Assembly (NCBI GenBank): GCA_965644295.1 | Contig: CBFFRP010000426.1 | Coordinates: forward strand, 425,451 to 489,450 | Origin: Paraphysomonas bandaiensis | Lineage: Eukaryota > Protista > Chrysophyceae | Length of the DNA: 64,000 bases | Reading direction: 5' to 3' | In this document: piece after piece, positions 47,875-59,500 of the stretch | How the letters are laid out: each line of letters opens with the position of its first letter | Numbering within the stretch: position 1 is the first letter of the stretch | Notes under the pieces: generated by a model | Seen by the model: only the letters and a program-made list of their open reading frames with translations | Told to the model about the DNA's origin: nothing | The model's database searches: none | Made by a program: the position numbers and the translations under genes

Positions 47875-48555
47875 CTATAATATCTGCAACCGACGACTCA
47901 AATCTTCATTCATTTGTCGAAATCCTTTCTCAATAGCGTCTCGGTAGAGCACTTCGACAAGAGGTGCTATAACTCCGACATTCTCATCACTGTGGCGAAT
48001 GTCCACGGCGGCATATGTCTCACCGTTGATAACTTCTACACTTCTATCTCTCAACTCAGCACATCGGTTTGATATCAGTATAGAATCCAGTATACTAGAC
48101 ATCATGGTGTTTCGTATTCCCCAACACATCTTGTAATTCTTTTCGTCAAATAACAGCCATTTAAAATCCAGTGTCAATGTCGTCTTTATCATATTAGAGT
48201 CAATATTAAAAGGTACCAAATCAATGAAATAAAATAAAAAATGTGAAATAGGCCATGGATAATCTATTACAACCTTTAAAGTAACAGATGTATCATGATG
48301 AGGTGAGTCGGTGTGTGAATGAACATATGTGGTAAATGTGTTCCACTCATGATAACGGTCAAAGTCAACCAACACATTCCACACATCATCAATAGGTGAG
48401 GTGTGAGTCTGGTAATATGTCGGTTTAGTGTAGTTGTATACAGACATCCAGTCAACAGAGGCAGTAAATACTGGCTTCACACTATTTAATACTACAGCAA
48501 ACATACCGCATGCTAATGCACCAAGTAAGAGAATGGACAATACAGTAGGTGACAT
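47875..48555 (-). CDS. SRPBCC/polyketide-cyclase-like (START fold) protein with an N-terminal membrane anchor
   Basis: SPIDDVWNVLVDFDRYHEWNTF and the C-terminal helix IEKGFRQMNEDLSRR. Hydrophobic N-terminus. Confidence 0.75.
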   Translation of the reverse strand: MSPTVLSILLLGALACGMFAVVLNSVKPVFTASVDWMSVYNYTKPTYYQTHTSPIDDVWNVLVDFDRYHEWNTFTTYVHSHTDSPHHDTSVTLKVVIDYPWPISHFLFYFIDLVPFNIDSNMIKTTLTLDFKWLLFDEKNYKMCWGIRNTMMSSILDSILISNRCAELRDRSVEVINGETYAAVDIRHSDENVGVIAPLVEVLYRDAIEKGFRQMNEDLSRRLQIL

Positions 48556-49075
48556 TTATCAACACCAGCCCCTCACCCAGCTGGATGTAGTACAACAGCT
48601 GAATGAAGTACTTGTGTGTTGGATCTGGATTCAAACTGTCCTGCTGTCTTGTGCTCGGATCCTGTTGGCGGCTGTGTACTGTTTACGGATTGAATTAGCC
48701 AATTATATAAGCGTAAAATAGTATAGATCGATTTAATTGGATAAAGTGGTAAACAAACGCATGTTGTATATGGATGACGAAATATGAGTGTATAGAGTAC
48801 CTGTACAAAAGTACTCGAGTACTAGTATATAGTGCTGCATTGTATATATATACCGTTACCAGGAAAATCCCTCAGAAAACTCTGACGATTGGTATCAGTT
48901 TATCAGCTGAGGTGCAGATAAACCCATCAGGAGGGTGAAGAAATAGAATAGGGGAATACTCTGTTCCACTGTCGTATATTCTATCTTCACAATATCTGCA
49001 CTTCATCCAATATGTATACCTATATATAATATGAAGTGAAGTGAAGTGAAGTGTTTTATTTTCTTCTTCAATAGT

Positions 49076-52000
49076 ATGTCAATTTGGAGAAGTATGTTAT
49101 TAGATCTCATAATTATATTCATATATATACCATTCATTGTATCGAATGTTAGTCCTACTAATACCCCTACTTTATATTCTAATAAGTCGTGCTGTCCATA
49201 TCCATTTGAAAATTCTGTTAATGGGGAAGGTTGTTATCTTGTACTTTATGAGAAAACGTCTTGGGAATTTGCCAATGCGACTTGTCATAGTCTAGGTGGA
49301 TATTTAGCACAAGTCAATAGTTCTTATGAACAGCAGGATTTAGTAGCCACCTTAAATAGTGATCCTGATGTATGTAGAGATGACTTGTATCTTGGGTTGT
49401 TGGGTGACGATGAGACATGGATATGGTCCGATGGCAGTGTCGTACAATATGGAAATTGGACAGATCCAGATGAGGCTGACGATGACGATTGTGGATATAT
49501 TATGCCCAATGGTGGCTGGAATATTGCTGACTGTAGCACTGCATTGGGATTTGTGTGTGAAGCCGATCCAGTTGGAGTGGCCCCTTGTGTAGAGGAGCCC
49601 CCTAGATGTCCATCAAATTTCTCGAGCTCTTACGACGGCCATCACTGCTACCACTTTTCTGGCAATGAAACATCTGACATGAAAACATACAGTGATGTCA
49701 AAAACATGTGTAACTCTTTAGGGGGTTATGTGGCATCGCTGAATGATATTTTTGAGCTGTTTTCGTTTGCTTTTGCGCGCTCAGGTTACTCAAAGGGATG
49801 TGGCATATCCAATAGATATATTGGTCTCACTGGCTCGGGACCATTTGGTTCACGAGTATGGGTTTGGGACGACGGATCATCAGCGCTTTACTGGGAATAT
49901 GAGGCGGGTAAGGACTGCGTTGTATTCACTCCGAATGGAGAGCTTCAACTCGCGGTGTGTTCGGATGAATACATATATGCATGTGAGTCCGAACTTTGGT
50001 CCGACTCTACCTTGTCTCCCAGTAGTGTTCCGTCAGTAGTTCCAACCGGGTGTCCTTCAGGTGAACCTAGCACAATGCCAACCTCGACTCCGTCGACAAT
50101 ACCATCATGCTCTCCGTCCTCAAGCCCGCCGACTGGTTTTCCAACAGCCCAACCTAGTGGCGAGCCGTCGCCTGTTCCTACATGGTGTCCTTCAGGTGAA
50201 CCAAGCACAATGCCAACCTCGGTACCTAGTTGCCTTCCATCATCATTGCCATCATGCTCTCCGTCCTCAAACCCGCCGACTGGTTTTCCAACAGCCCAAC
50301 CTAGTGGCGAGCCGTCGCCTGTTCCTACATGGTGTCCTTCAGGTGAACCTAGCACAATGCCAACCTCGACTCCGTCGACAATACCATCATGCTCTCCGTC
50401 CTCAAGCCCGCCGACTGGTTTTCCAACAGCCCAACCTAGTGGCGAGCCGTCGCCTGTTCCTACATGGTGTCCTTCAGGTGAACCTAGCACAATGCCAACC
50501 TCGGTACCTAGTTGCCTTCCATCATCATTGCCATCATGCTCTCCGTCCTCAAGCCCGCCGACTGGTTTTCCAACAGCCCAACCTAGTGGCGAGCCGTCGC
50601 CTGTTCCTACATGGTGTCCTTCAGGTGAACCAAGCACAATGCCAACCTCGGTACCTAGTTGCCTTCCATCGTCATTGCCATCATGCTCTCCGTCCTCAAG
50701 CCCGCCGACTGGTTTTCCAACAGCCCAACCTAGTGGCGAGCCGTCGCCTGTTCCTACATGGTGTCCTTCAGGTGAACCTAGCACAATGCCAACCTCGGTA
50801 CCTAGTTGCCTTCCATCATCATTGCCATCATGCTCTCCGTCCTCAAGCCCACCGACTGGTTTTCCAACGGCCCAGCCTAGTGGCGAGCCGTCGCCTGTTC
50901 CTACATGGTGTCCTTCAGGTGAACCAAGCACAATGCCAAGTACTGCACCAGTACATTCTCCACTCGTTATTTCAGTGTATCCCACAGCAACTCCATCCAC
51001 GACTCATTTTTCCATACTTTCCCTTAGCGCTTCTGCCAATCGTGAGAATATAACTGTCATGTCAATATTATCCCGACCTTGTATTCTGGTGTGCCAGGCG
51101 TTCGAGGAAGGGACCTATCCGCAGTTTGTGAATGAGTTAGTGTTCAATGGAGTTGCTTCGGCTAACGCTGGGGTGGTGAATGACGTCGTGGTATCTGGAC
51201 TTCGGCCGTCAACACGATATGGAGTGTTTTGCACATTAAAATCTCCGACTGGAGAGTCCATTTTAAACTCATCTGTAGTAATGGCACAACATTTAAATGT
51301 AAAAACTACATGTTGTGTTCATATTTATGCAGAGCTGGTGTCTCAAGAATTGTACTCTTCTGAGGACAATATAAATGTTTTAAAATTTATACCGCCAACT
51401 GTTGTGAAAGGTAAAATTTCAATCCATTTGTTTACAAACTTCACAAGTACTGTTGGATCGACGTCCATTGCAAATCCATTTCTACCACCATCATTAGTCA
51501 TTGACACGACTACAGCTGGATTCGCTGTATTCCATTCCCTGCCTGCATCGTTACCCAATGGTGTATACAATTTACGCTTTAACATCAGTGGTGATAGTGC
51601 ATCCGACTTCGAAATAGTGTATGGTCAGGGCGCAAATTACTTTACCATGTCTAGTGCAGCCGACGTACCGGGCCCTAATGTATCGGGCGTTGTTTTTTCT
51701 CAATATGGTTCATATCTTATGGTTACCTTTAATGCGCCGACGGATAAAGCAGGCCTGAGCTCAACCTTCTCATGTTCTCGATTATTAGAGTTCAGTAACA
51801 GCGATAACACTCGTTGTCGTTGGCAGTCGTCGAGCGCAGTACGTATATCATCTGCTGCAGTTTTGGGTGTACAAATCGGGGATAGAGTTTCTCTTCTACC
51901 TGGTAAAATTAGAGCAAGGTGCCCAAGCACTGTTGAGGAAAGTGTTTGCCAGTCGTGGCCAACTTCTGTTGGACAGTCTCTAGTAGTTTCTGCGCCCAGG

Positions 52001-55000
52001 TATCTAGTTTCACCAAATGTTGTTGTATCTGCACCATCAGTTATTGGACAATGCAATAACTTCGTGTTGGACCTTTCTTCGTCAACTGGTGGAGGAGGTA
52101 GGCAGTGGAGAAATGTTTCGATCAGAGTAAACAGCCCGAACGTTAGCGTCAATACTTCCGAATTAAACTATTTCTATGCTAACGAATATGCCGTAGACGA
52201 AGTAACCCCAGCTCCATTCAGCATGTTTAGCGCAGACCACACATATGTACTTGAAATAGTACTGTGTAATTTTCTTGGCGCGTGCAGTGAACCATATATT
52301 CATAGTGTTGTTGCATCTTCAAATGAGACACCCGTTGTATCCGTTTATGGTAAGGTGTCAAGGAGAACCAAGAAAAGTAAAGAACTTAAGGTATATGCCC
52401 ACGCATATAACGAGCTATGTGATTCAACCATTTCCTCGCGTAATTTGATTTTTTCTTGGACAATGTACGATGAGCATAATAATAACACTTTTCTAAAATC
52501 TCAGGACAAAATTGCATCGACCTATCGTTTGGCACCATATTCATTTCAGAACACAGGGGATTATCGCCTGGTTTTGTCAGTTACTAATGTGATTTCTGAA
52601 GTTTCAAAAACTGCCGTTGTTTACGTATCTGTTATTCCTGGCAACATTGTGGCTGTTCTGTATGGTGGGAATTATCAGTCTTTAAACTTTGGTGAATCCT
52701 TGAGACTAGATGCATCTTCAAGTTATGATGAGGATGTTTCAAGTGGTGGGAGTGTGCCGTCGAGCCTGTCTTTTCTTTGGAAATGTAAGCTGATAATACC
52801 TCTGGATCCATCCTTTTGTGGACTACGTTTTTCTTCTGCGAACACCAGCACAATTCTAGTGTATAGTGACGATGCACAATACGAAAATTCAACATCTGAA
52901 ATAACTGTCACCGTTTATGATAATAACCGTTTTGACGAAGCTGTTGTTCACGTGGCAGTGTTGCCATTGCGTTCTCCAACAGTGCGTATATTAGCTTCTG
53001 AAGCTAGAGTAGCGTCGAATAAGAAATTGACTTTGCGTGCGAATGTTGAGCTATATACAACAACACATGTGTTGTGGTCTGTAGATGACGCAGGTGTTGA
53101 CATCGCGGTTGCTGCATTGTCACCATATGATATGATTTTGCCAGCCGGATTTCATCATATGAATCTAGTTTTGTCTCCGTATACGCTGCCTTTAGCATCG
53201 ACTCTGCAATTCACGTTATCTAGTAGTTCTAGTAAAGCGATAATCTCGGTTGTTGTCGCTGATGCCCCCTCTCCCGGAGAGTTTACAATATCACCTTCGT
53301 ATGGATTAGCTTTAACGCAAAATCATTTATGGGCTGCATCGAAATTCACTGATAGCGAGTTGCCCCTCACATATTCATTTGCGTATTTTACGGAAACTGG
53401 CTCTCGCATGGTTGTTCAATCAAGATCTGAATCATCGTATACGACCTCTCTGCTACCACCAGGTGTGCCGTCAAAACAATTTGTCTTAACCTGTTTTGTG
53501 GAAGTGTACAACGATCTTGATGCGTCGAGCCGCCAATACGTTGATGTCACATCCAGTTCTAGGGGGGATGATTACGTCGAGTTATCGGCGTTAATTGAAA
53601 CTCACTTAGTCGAAGGCTCATATGAATCGAACACTGATGCCACCAAGGAGACTGTTTCGTGGGGCACTGTGTCTTTGAATTCGAACAACTGTTCGACGAA
53701 CTGTTCTAGCCTACACAGACGTAGTTGTGAGATGGGTACTATGTCCTGTGGTGTTTGCCAAGATGGTTATATCGGGGACGAAACCAACCGAGATAGTGTA
53801 TGCATATCCGTACTTTCCATTTCTCATGGGTTGTTATCATCCGTAGAGGGTGCACCGTGTAATGTGTCAAGCGATTGTGGACATTTTGATGACTGCATCA
53901 ATGAAAGATGCTACACAATTCAGAAAGGATGTCCTTTAAACTGTTCTAGAAGGGGCGACTGCTCTATGATACATATCGCTACTAACGTTTTAGTCGACTC
54001 ATGTAGCGTGAAAGATTCGACATGTGCCCCTGTATGTGAATGTGATGCCGGCTTTTCTGGAAAATATTGTTCAGTTTCAGCAGCTGAGCTGGCTTTGAAA
54101 AGAGAAATCAGAATTGATTTGGCTACAGCTGTTGTAGATTTAGCGAAACGGGAATATTTAAGCGAAGAAAACATGGAATCGCTTGTGGATATCATCAGCG
54201 AGCTAGGCCGGAGTGGTGACGAACTCACAAATCGCACGTGTGATAATTTAATGGATGCATCGGATTATTTGCTTGATGCCTTTGATGGGCGGGGAAGTGA
54301 GTTTGAGGTGCTCCTTGGACTATCGGAAGTTCTCAGTCATTGTGTTGGAATATATAGTGAATATGGTCCACTCGACTCTATAGATAATGCAACCAGCATC
54401 ATACTGAAGACTACCAATGTGGTATTTGAGAAAGCAGTACTGGGGGAAGCACCCGTCCGTCTCTTGGAAGACAGTTATCGCCAATACATCAACGTTCAGC
54501 CTCTCCAGAGTTCTGAAAATATGACGTTATATGTTCCCCAGAGTGACCTCGAGGTAGCCCTAGGTCATGAGGTGACTAGCGTATCAGCACAAATTTCGAG
54601 CACTGCACGTAGTGCTGTTGGAGTTGCTCTCTCCGAGTTCAAAGCTCATTTATATCTTAATGCATCTAGTTTAGTAGCTAATCCCATTAAATTCTATACG
54701 TCGGACTTTGATTCTCTAGAAGGACACTTAAAATTCAATTTTACAACATTTCTTCCAGAAAATGCAACATATGTGTCAGGTCAAAATGTTTCTTACACCA
54801 CAAATTGCTCTTCAAAAAACATTGAGCGTCAGCGCATGTACACTTGTCCGTCTGGAGAAATCATAACTCATGTTTGTGATGGAAAGAATATGTCTTTTAC
54901 GTCGTACTGCCCAGTATCTAATTTTTCTGTGTTTTGTGGAGTGGCATCGGGTATGACCTTAGAAAAAAGCCCGTTATGCCAGGTTGAGTCATTTTCTTCT

Positions 55001-58000
55001 ACGCACGTTGTCTGCTCGTGTGCTCTGCGGAGTGGAACAGGTCGTCGCCAGCTGGAATCCATATTTGACCGTGATACGGGAGTAGAAGTTGCCGCCATGT
55101 CGGAATTCATTGCACTTGATTTCCGTGATACAATTGTGACTATCGACGACATAAGTGCGAAAGACTTAGAAAGATCAATTGCTGTCCTGGTGATGTTTGG
55201 AGTTATGGTATGTGAAATGCGTGTTTATGTTGTATATCACTTATTTTCAACAGTGGATTTCGGTGCAAGTTGCGGTGGTATTGGTTACAGTTATTGATAC
55301 GCGAGAACCGACACCACAAAATACAATGACCACGGTATCATCAGTTGAGCACCGTCGTAGTCGTTGTTCCCGAATATCCAGAATTCATCAAACAGATGTT
55401 AATGAGGGGAATTCATCGATTTTGCGGAAGTATGTCCGGGATCATTTTAATGCCATATTTCCTCTCATTTTTCGACAAGAAGGAAAGTCGTGGTTGTCAT
55501 TTTTTAATGAAATTGCGAAACACCATAGATACGTTCGAGTAAGTTGATATGATATTGGAAAAGGTATTTGCGTTTTACTCAAGACAGATGTTCACGGCGA
55601 GTGGACCAGACTCCGATAAAACGAGAGTTCGCATTGGGATTCAAATGCTCACCATTCAGAGCATGTTGGTTATTGTCGTTCTAGTCTATACATCATTTAA
55701 TATTTTTTGTTAAGGCTTATGTTCATCCTGGCAGTGTTTTATGATTTGCAATATCCATCGGATGACGGAACCTGTAAGGAGTACAACAATGAAGACGACT
55801 GTTTGGATGAGATCTCCATGTTTGATGGTGATGTCCACAAGTGTAACTGGCTGTCTGATGAATCCAAATGTGAATATCGTACGGTGAAGTTAACCATAAC
55901 GGTACGTTTATTGCATAAGTCTACTCTAGATATGAATGTATTTTAATTTCCCAGACTGTCATTATAATTGGATCTCTGATGGCAATGGTTGCATCTCCGA
56001 TAAATGTGTTAATTGGTATGCCTTCTCGGTATATAGTCTCAGTATATTTCTTATTTCTTAATTCAGATTTCTTATTTGATGAAATAATATCTGCCCCAAC
56101 TGCGGATGATTCCAAAAGCATCAAGGCAATTTCTGAAGCTCGAAACGATGCCGTCAAGACAGTTAAACGTGTAATTAGTAAGACTTATTCTAACATCGTC
56201 GCCGCCCCGAAGAGATTTTCAGGTTTTGGCGATTACATAAGGAAAAAACTGGTGGTTCAAGAAACTAGACGTGTTTCGGTAGCTATGATTCAATCGCATT
56301 CACTGGCATCTATCGCTATGAGGAGAGCGCTTTCCGGTGGACTCATGAATGTAATGCCTGATGGGAAAAACAGTAGGCATGTTTCTTTTGTTACTACATC
56401 TGGAGCAGTGGGAGATAACTGTGATGACGAAACGTATTCGTATGACGATTTTGTCTCACTACTGACTGCGCAGCACAATAAATTGCGGGGTGACTCTAGA
56501 CGACGATTTGATCGTTGTTGGATGTATGTCAAACCTCTAGTAATTTTCGTGTAGAAATTGTGATGCATATGTATGTATTGTATAGGTTGGAGTCGGCGAC
56601 TGGTACGTTTCAAAGTTATCCAAGAAGCTCTCTCTATGAGAAGCAGAGTGTTTCGATGCATACATTTTTGAAAAAAGAATTTCGAGACGTATCACGGCTT
56701 GCTCATAGGAAAATTCAGAAGCTAAAATACGCTGCAGATGTGCAGAGTATGTGCAGTCGTTCATGCTTGTCGAATTCTAAATTATTGGTGCAGTTGGGCT
56801 TGAAATGTGTCAGCTCTTTGTTTTGGACTATTTGGGCAGGTGATAGTAGGCTCACTTATTTAAATTCTATTAGTTCTAAACTTGGACACAGAACCACTCC
56901 TGAAGCACGTATATTCGAGTACAAAAGTGACGAAGAGTATGGTTGAATTATCGAACCTTCACAACTGAACTATGCTTCTCTTTTAGGTACGGATCGAGTA
57001 TGGTCGTCACTTCTTTTTCCAAACGCATCGCTTGGTTTTTGGTGGTCATAATAAATATATTTTTTATTATATTTACATTGCTTCGAACTATCGACCGGGA
57101 CCGCAGCTGGCAAGGCGGATACATAACAGCATGCATTATTCGTAAGCATTTTATGGTCTGTATGTAATATTAATTTAACATATCTATGACAGAAATGTTG
57201 GTGGAAATCATTCTGTACGAGGTACATGCCGTTGGTGTATAATTTTATTGTAACCCGTTTCGTAGACGATGGAGTGTACATGGATAAACTTCACGGTACC
57301 ATCCTTAGTTAGAGATGACGTCAAAGAAGCCGTTGAAGCGCTCTATAGATCAATCGATATGGCATTTTCAGAGAAAACTCCCAGTAATTTAGTCGTTGAC
57401 GTTCCTCAATTCTTGTTTGTCTCTACTCAGATTGCACGACACTTTCCTACCCTATTCGAAAGTGGTATTGTGCTGTCGTACCATACTTATCTTGGGGGCA
57501 GAATTGCTGAGAGAATTAGGGAGGATGTTTTTAAAAGCTCGTGGAATACTTCTACCGCGATAAGATACTATTTGAATCGCTTTCTGACTAGTATCACTGT
57601 AGTTGGGATAATGAAATCTATAGGTACAGCACCAGTGCCTGTTCAGCGCTTGATAGGTACGTGAAATCTGCAGTTAGGCAATATGTGTTGAATGTTTGTT
57701 ACTTCTGCAGTGCATATCGTTCAGCCAGCTTTGTTGACGGGGTTATTTCTACTGATTACGCTGATGATAACTAATCCTTGGGTTTCCATTGTTGTTGCTG
57801 CATACATTCTTTTTCAGATAGGGATGTATGCAGTGTGGTTTAGAACAAAGCAAAAGAAAAGTGTCAACAAATTCGTGACTATAAGATCATCGGATTCATC
57901 GGACGTTATTCACGAGCCAGTTGAGAGTGATAGGGAAGACGTAGTTTCTGAGCACTCCTCGCGTTCCCCGCGAGGGGCTGAGTTAAGTTTGGATATTCAG

Positions 58001-58474
58001 ACGCCACCACGAAATGACATGTGCTTGGAGAGCACACCTGACGCAGATACATTTGAATCTGTTGCCGGTATATCTCAAGAAGTGGTACTTGGAAGCGACA
58101 GCTGTGCACTGAGTGTGGATGATTCAGATCAAAAATCTGGATATAATGAGAGAAATAGTCGCCAACTACTGTGTTTAGAATCTTTTATGAGCGAGGCTGA
58201 CATCAGCAAGGAAGAGAATTTCTCTGATAGAGCTAGACCCCAAAATAAGGGAGTGGGGCCGAGCAGAGGATCAAGGCTACTATCATTGGACTCATTTGAT
58301 GACTCTACATTATATCAACCAACACAAGTCAAATGTGCTCCAAGTTGGAGTTTTAATCGACAGCAGAGTAGCTGTGACGAAATTGATATTTCTGTGCGAC
58401 AGGTTCTTCCTACGGAGATCCGAAATGCCAACTCTGTCAGCTCTCCGCAGTCTCACAACAAAGTTAAGAGATGA
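49076..58474 (+). CDS. Giant polycystin-1-like receptor: signal peptide, two C-type lectin domains, Pro/Ser/Thr stalk, REJ module, EGF-like, GAIN/GPS-like, multiple TM segments and a low-complexity tail
   Basis: CTLDs (CYLV..SW..A...C...GGYLA..W.WSDGS...Y.NW..C..W....C......VCE). REJ motifs LRLDASSSYDED, PSPGEFTISPSYG, DSELPLTYSF. EGF CPLNCSRRGDC..CECDAGFSGKYC. GPS-like CQVESFSSTHVVCSC. More than ten 3' exons with hydrophobic segments. Confidence 0.85.
50050..50940 (+). repeat. Coding tandem repeat of 135/147-bp units (45/49 aa), about 6 copies
   Basis: Unit CPSGEPSTMPTS(VPSCLPSSL/TPSTI)PSCSPSSSPPTGFPTAQPSGEPSPVPTW. Confidence 0.95.
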
Positions 58475-58818
58475 ATGAAATGTGTCACTACATTGTGTTC
58501 CTTTTAAGCTAAACGAGGTATATTATACAATTAGTATAATGTTGGAACATTTCTTATGCAAGGTGACTGTTATGTTATCGTGCTGATTTGTGTGATAGTA
58601 TATAAAATAAAGTTGTAAATTTTCCTACTTTTCAAGCCAGTGTTTGTTGGAGTGTGTATGTAATGCACTGCAATGTAGAATATATTAGAAACAAAGCCTA
58701 ATCACGGGATGGATATATAATGTATCTTGAATTGCCACACGCGGTTAAACTGAACCGTGATGTAGTGGTGTACAATGCCCAAGTATTGGCCTCTTAGGAA
58801 TTGCACTGCACATTGAAG

Positions 58819-59240
58819 CAGGGCTAGGAAACAATATATTGTAAAATATATTGATTAGTCGACCGGCCAAAAATCCCATCAATCTTGTTCTGTTAAAGTA
58901 GCTCACAATATATTGCAATATATTGCAATCAATATTATGATAGTCATATAAGAGAAGATTCTCAACTGTAGGGTGCAAAATGGATATAAAAAACCGAGAA
59001 ATTGATTACAACATTACAGAGGATGATAAAGCTGATGTTGACTATGCGACTAAAGATCTTCAGTCAGCTCAAAAAATTAAGAAACGTACAAGTCCACGAG
59101 CCATTAACGGTTACAGGGCCCTAGTATGTACTTCCAAAACATGGGAACGTCTGTTCAGCCCAGCTAAACATATTATATCAGTGTTGCGCAAAAGTATCCA
59201 TCCTACTTAATATGCTGTTGTTTCTGAAAGCTATTCGACA
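58819..59240 (+). mobile_element. Degenerate hAT relics
   Basis: CAGGGCTAGG end with AATATATTG subterminal motifs at 58819. A decayed copy of the 47401-type right TIR at 59101-59123. hATC remnant TSKTWERLFSPAKHII..MLLFLKA. Confidence 0.65.
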
Positions 59241-59500
59241 GTAATGGCCGGATACTGGCATATTTCAATTAATTCTGTAAATGAATATAGTGATGTTGAC
59301 GTCACCGATGATGGCTCAGAGGATGAGGACGAGGTGGATTTTTAGTAGCTATAAGCAGCAGTTGGTTTGGTTGTCATGTGATCTTAATGACTAATACTTA
59401 AAATGGAATCTACGGACGTGTTTACTTAATGATTAGTCATGCTAAGGTTGCACCATGGTGCTCGCAGCGATGCACAAGCAGTCCCGAGACGGTTGCCCGC

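Noticed and set aside
49945-51053. Long antisense and alternative-frame ORFs (351 aa, 330 aa)
   Set aside because: Shadows of the Pro/Ser/Thr tandem repeat in the REJ gene.
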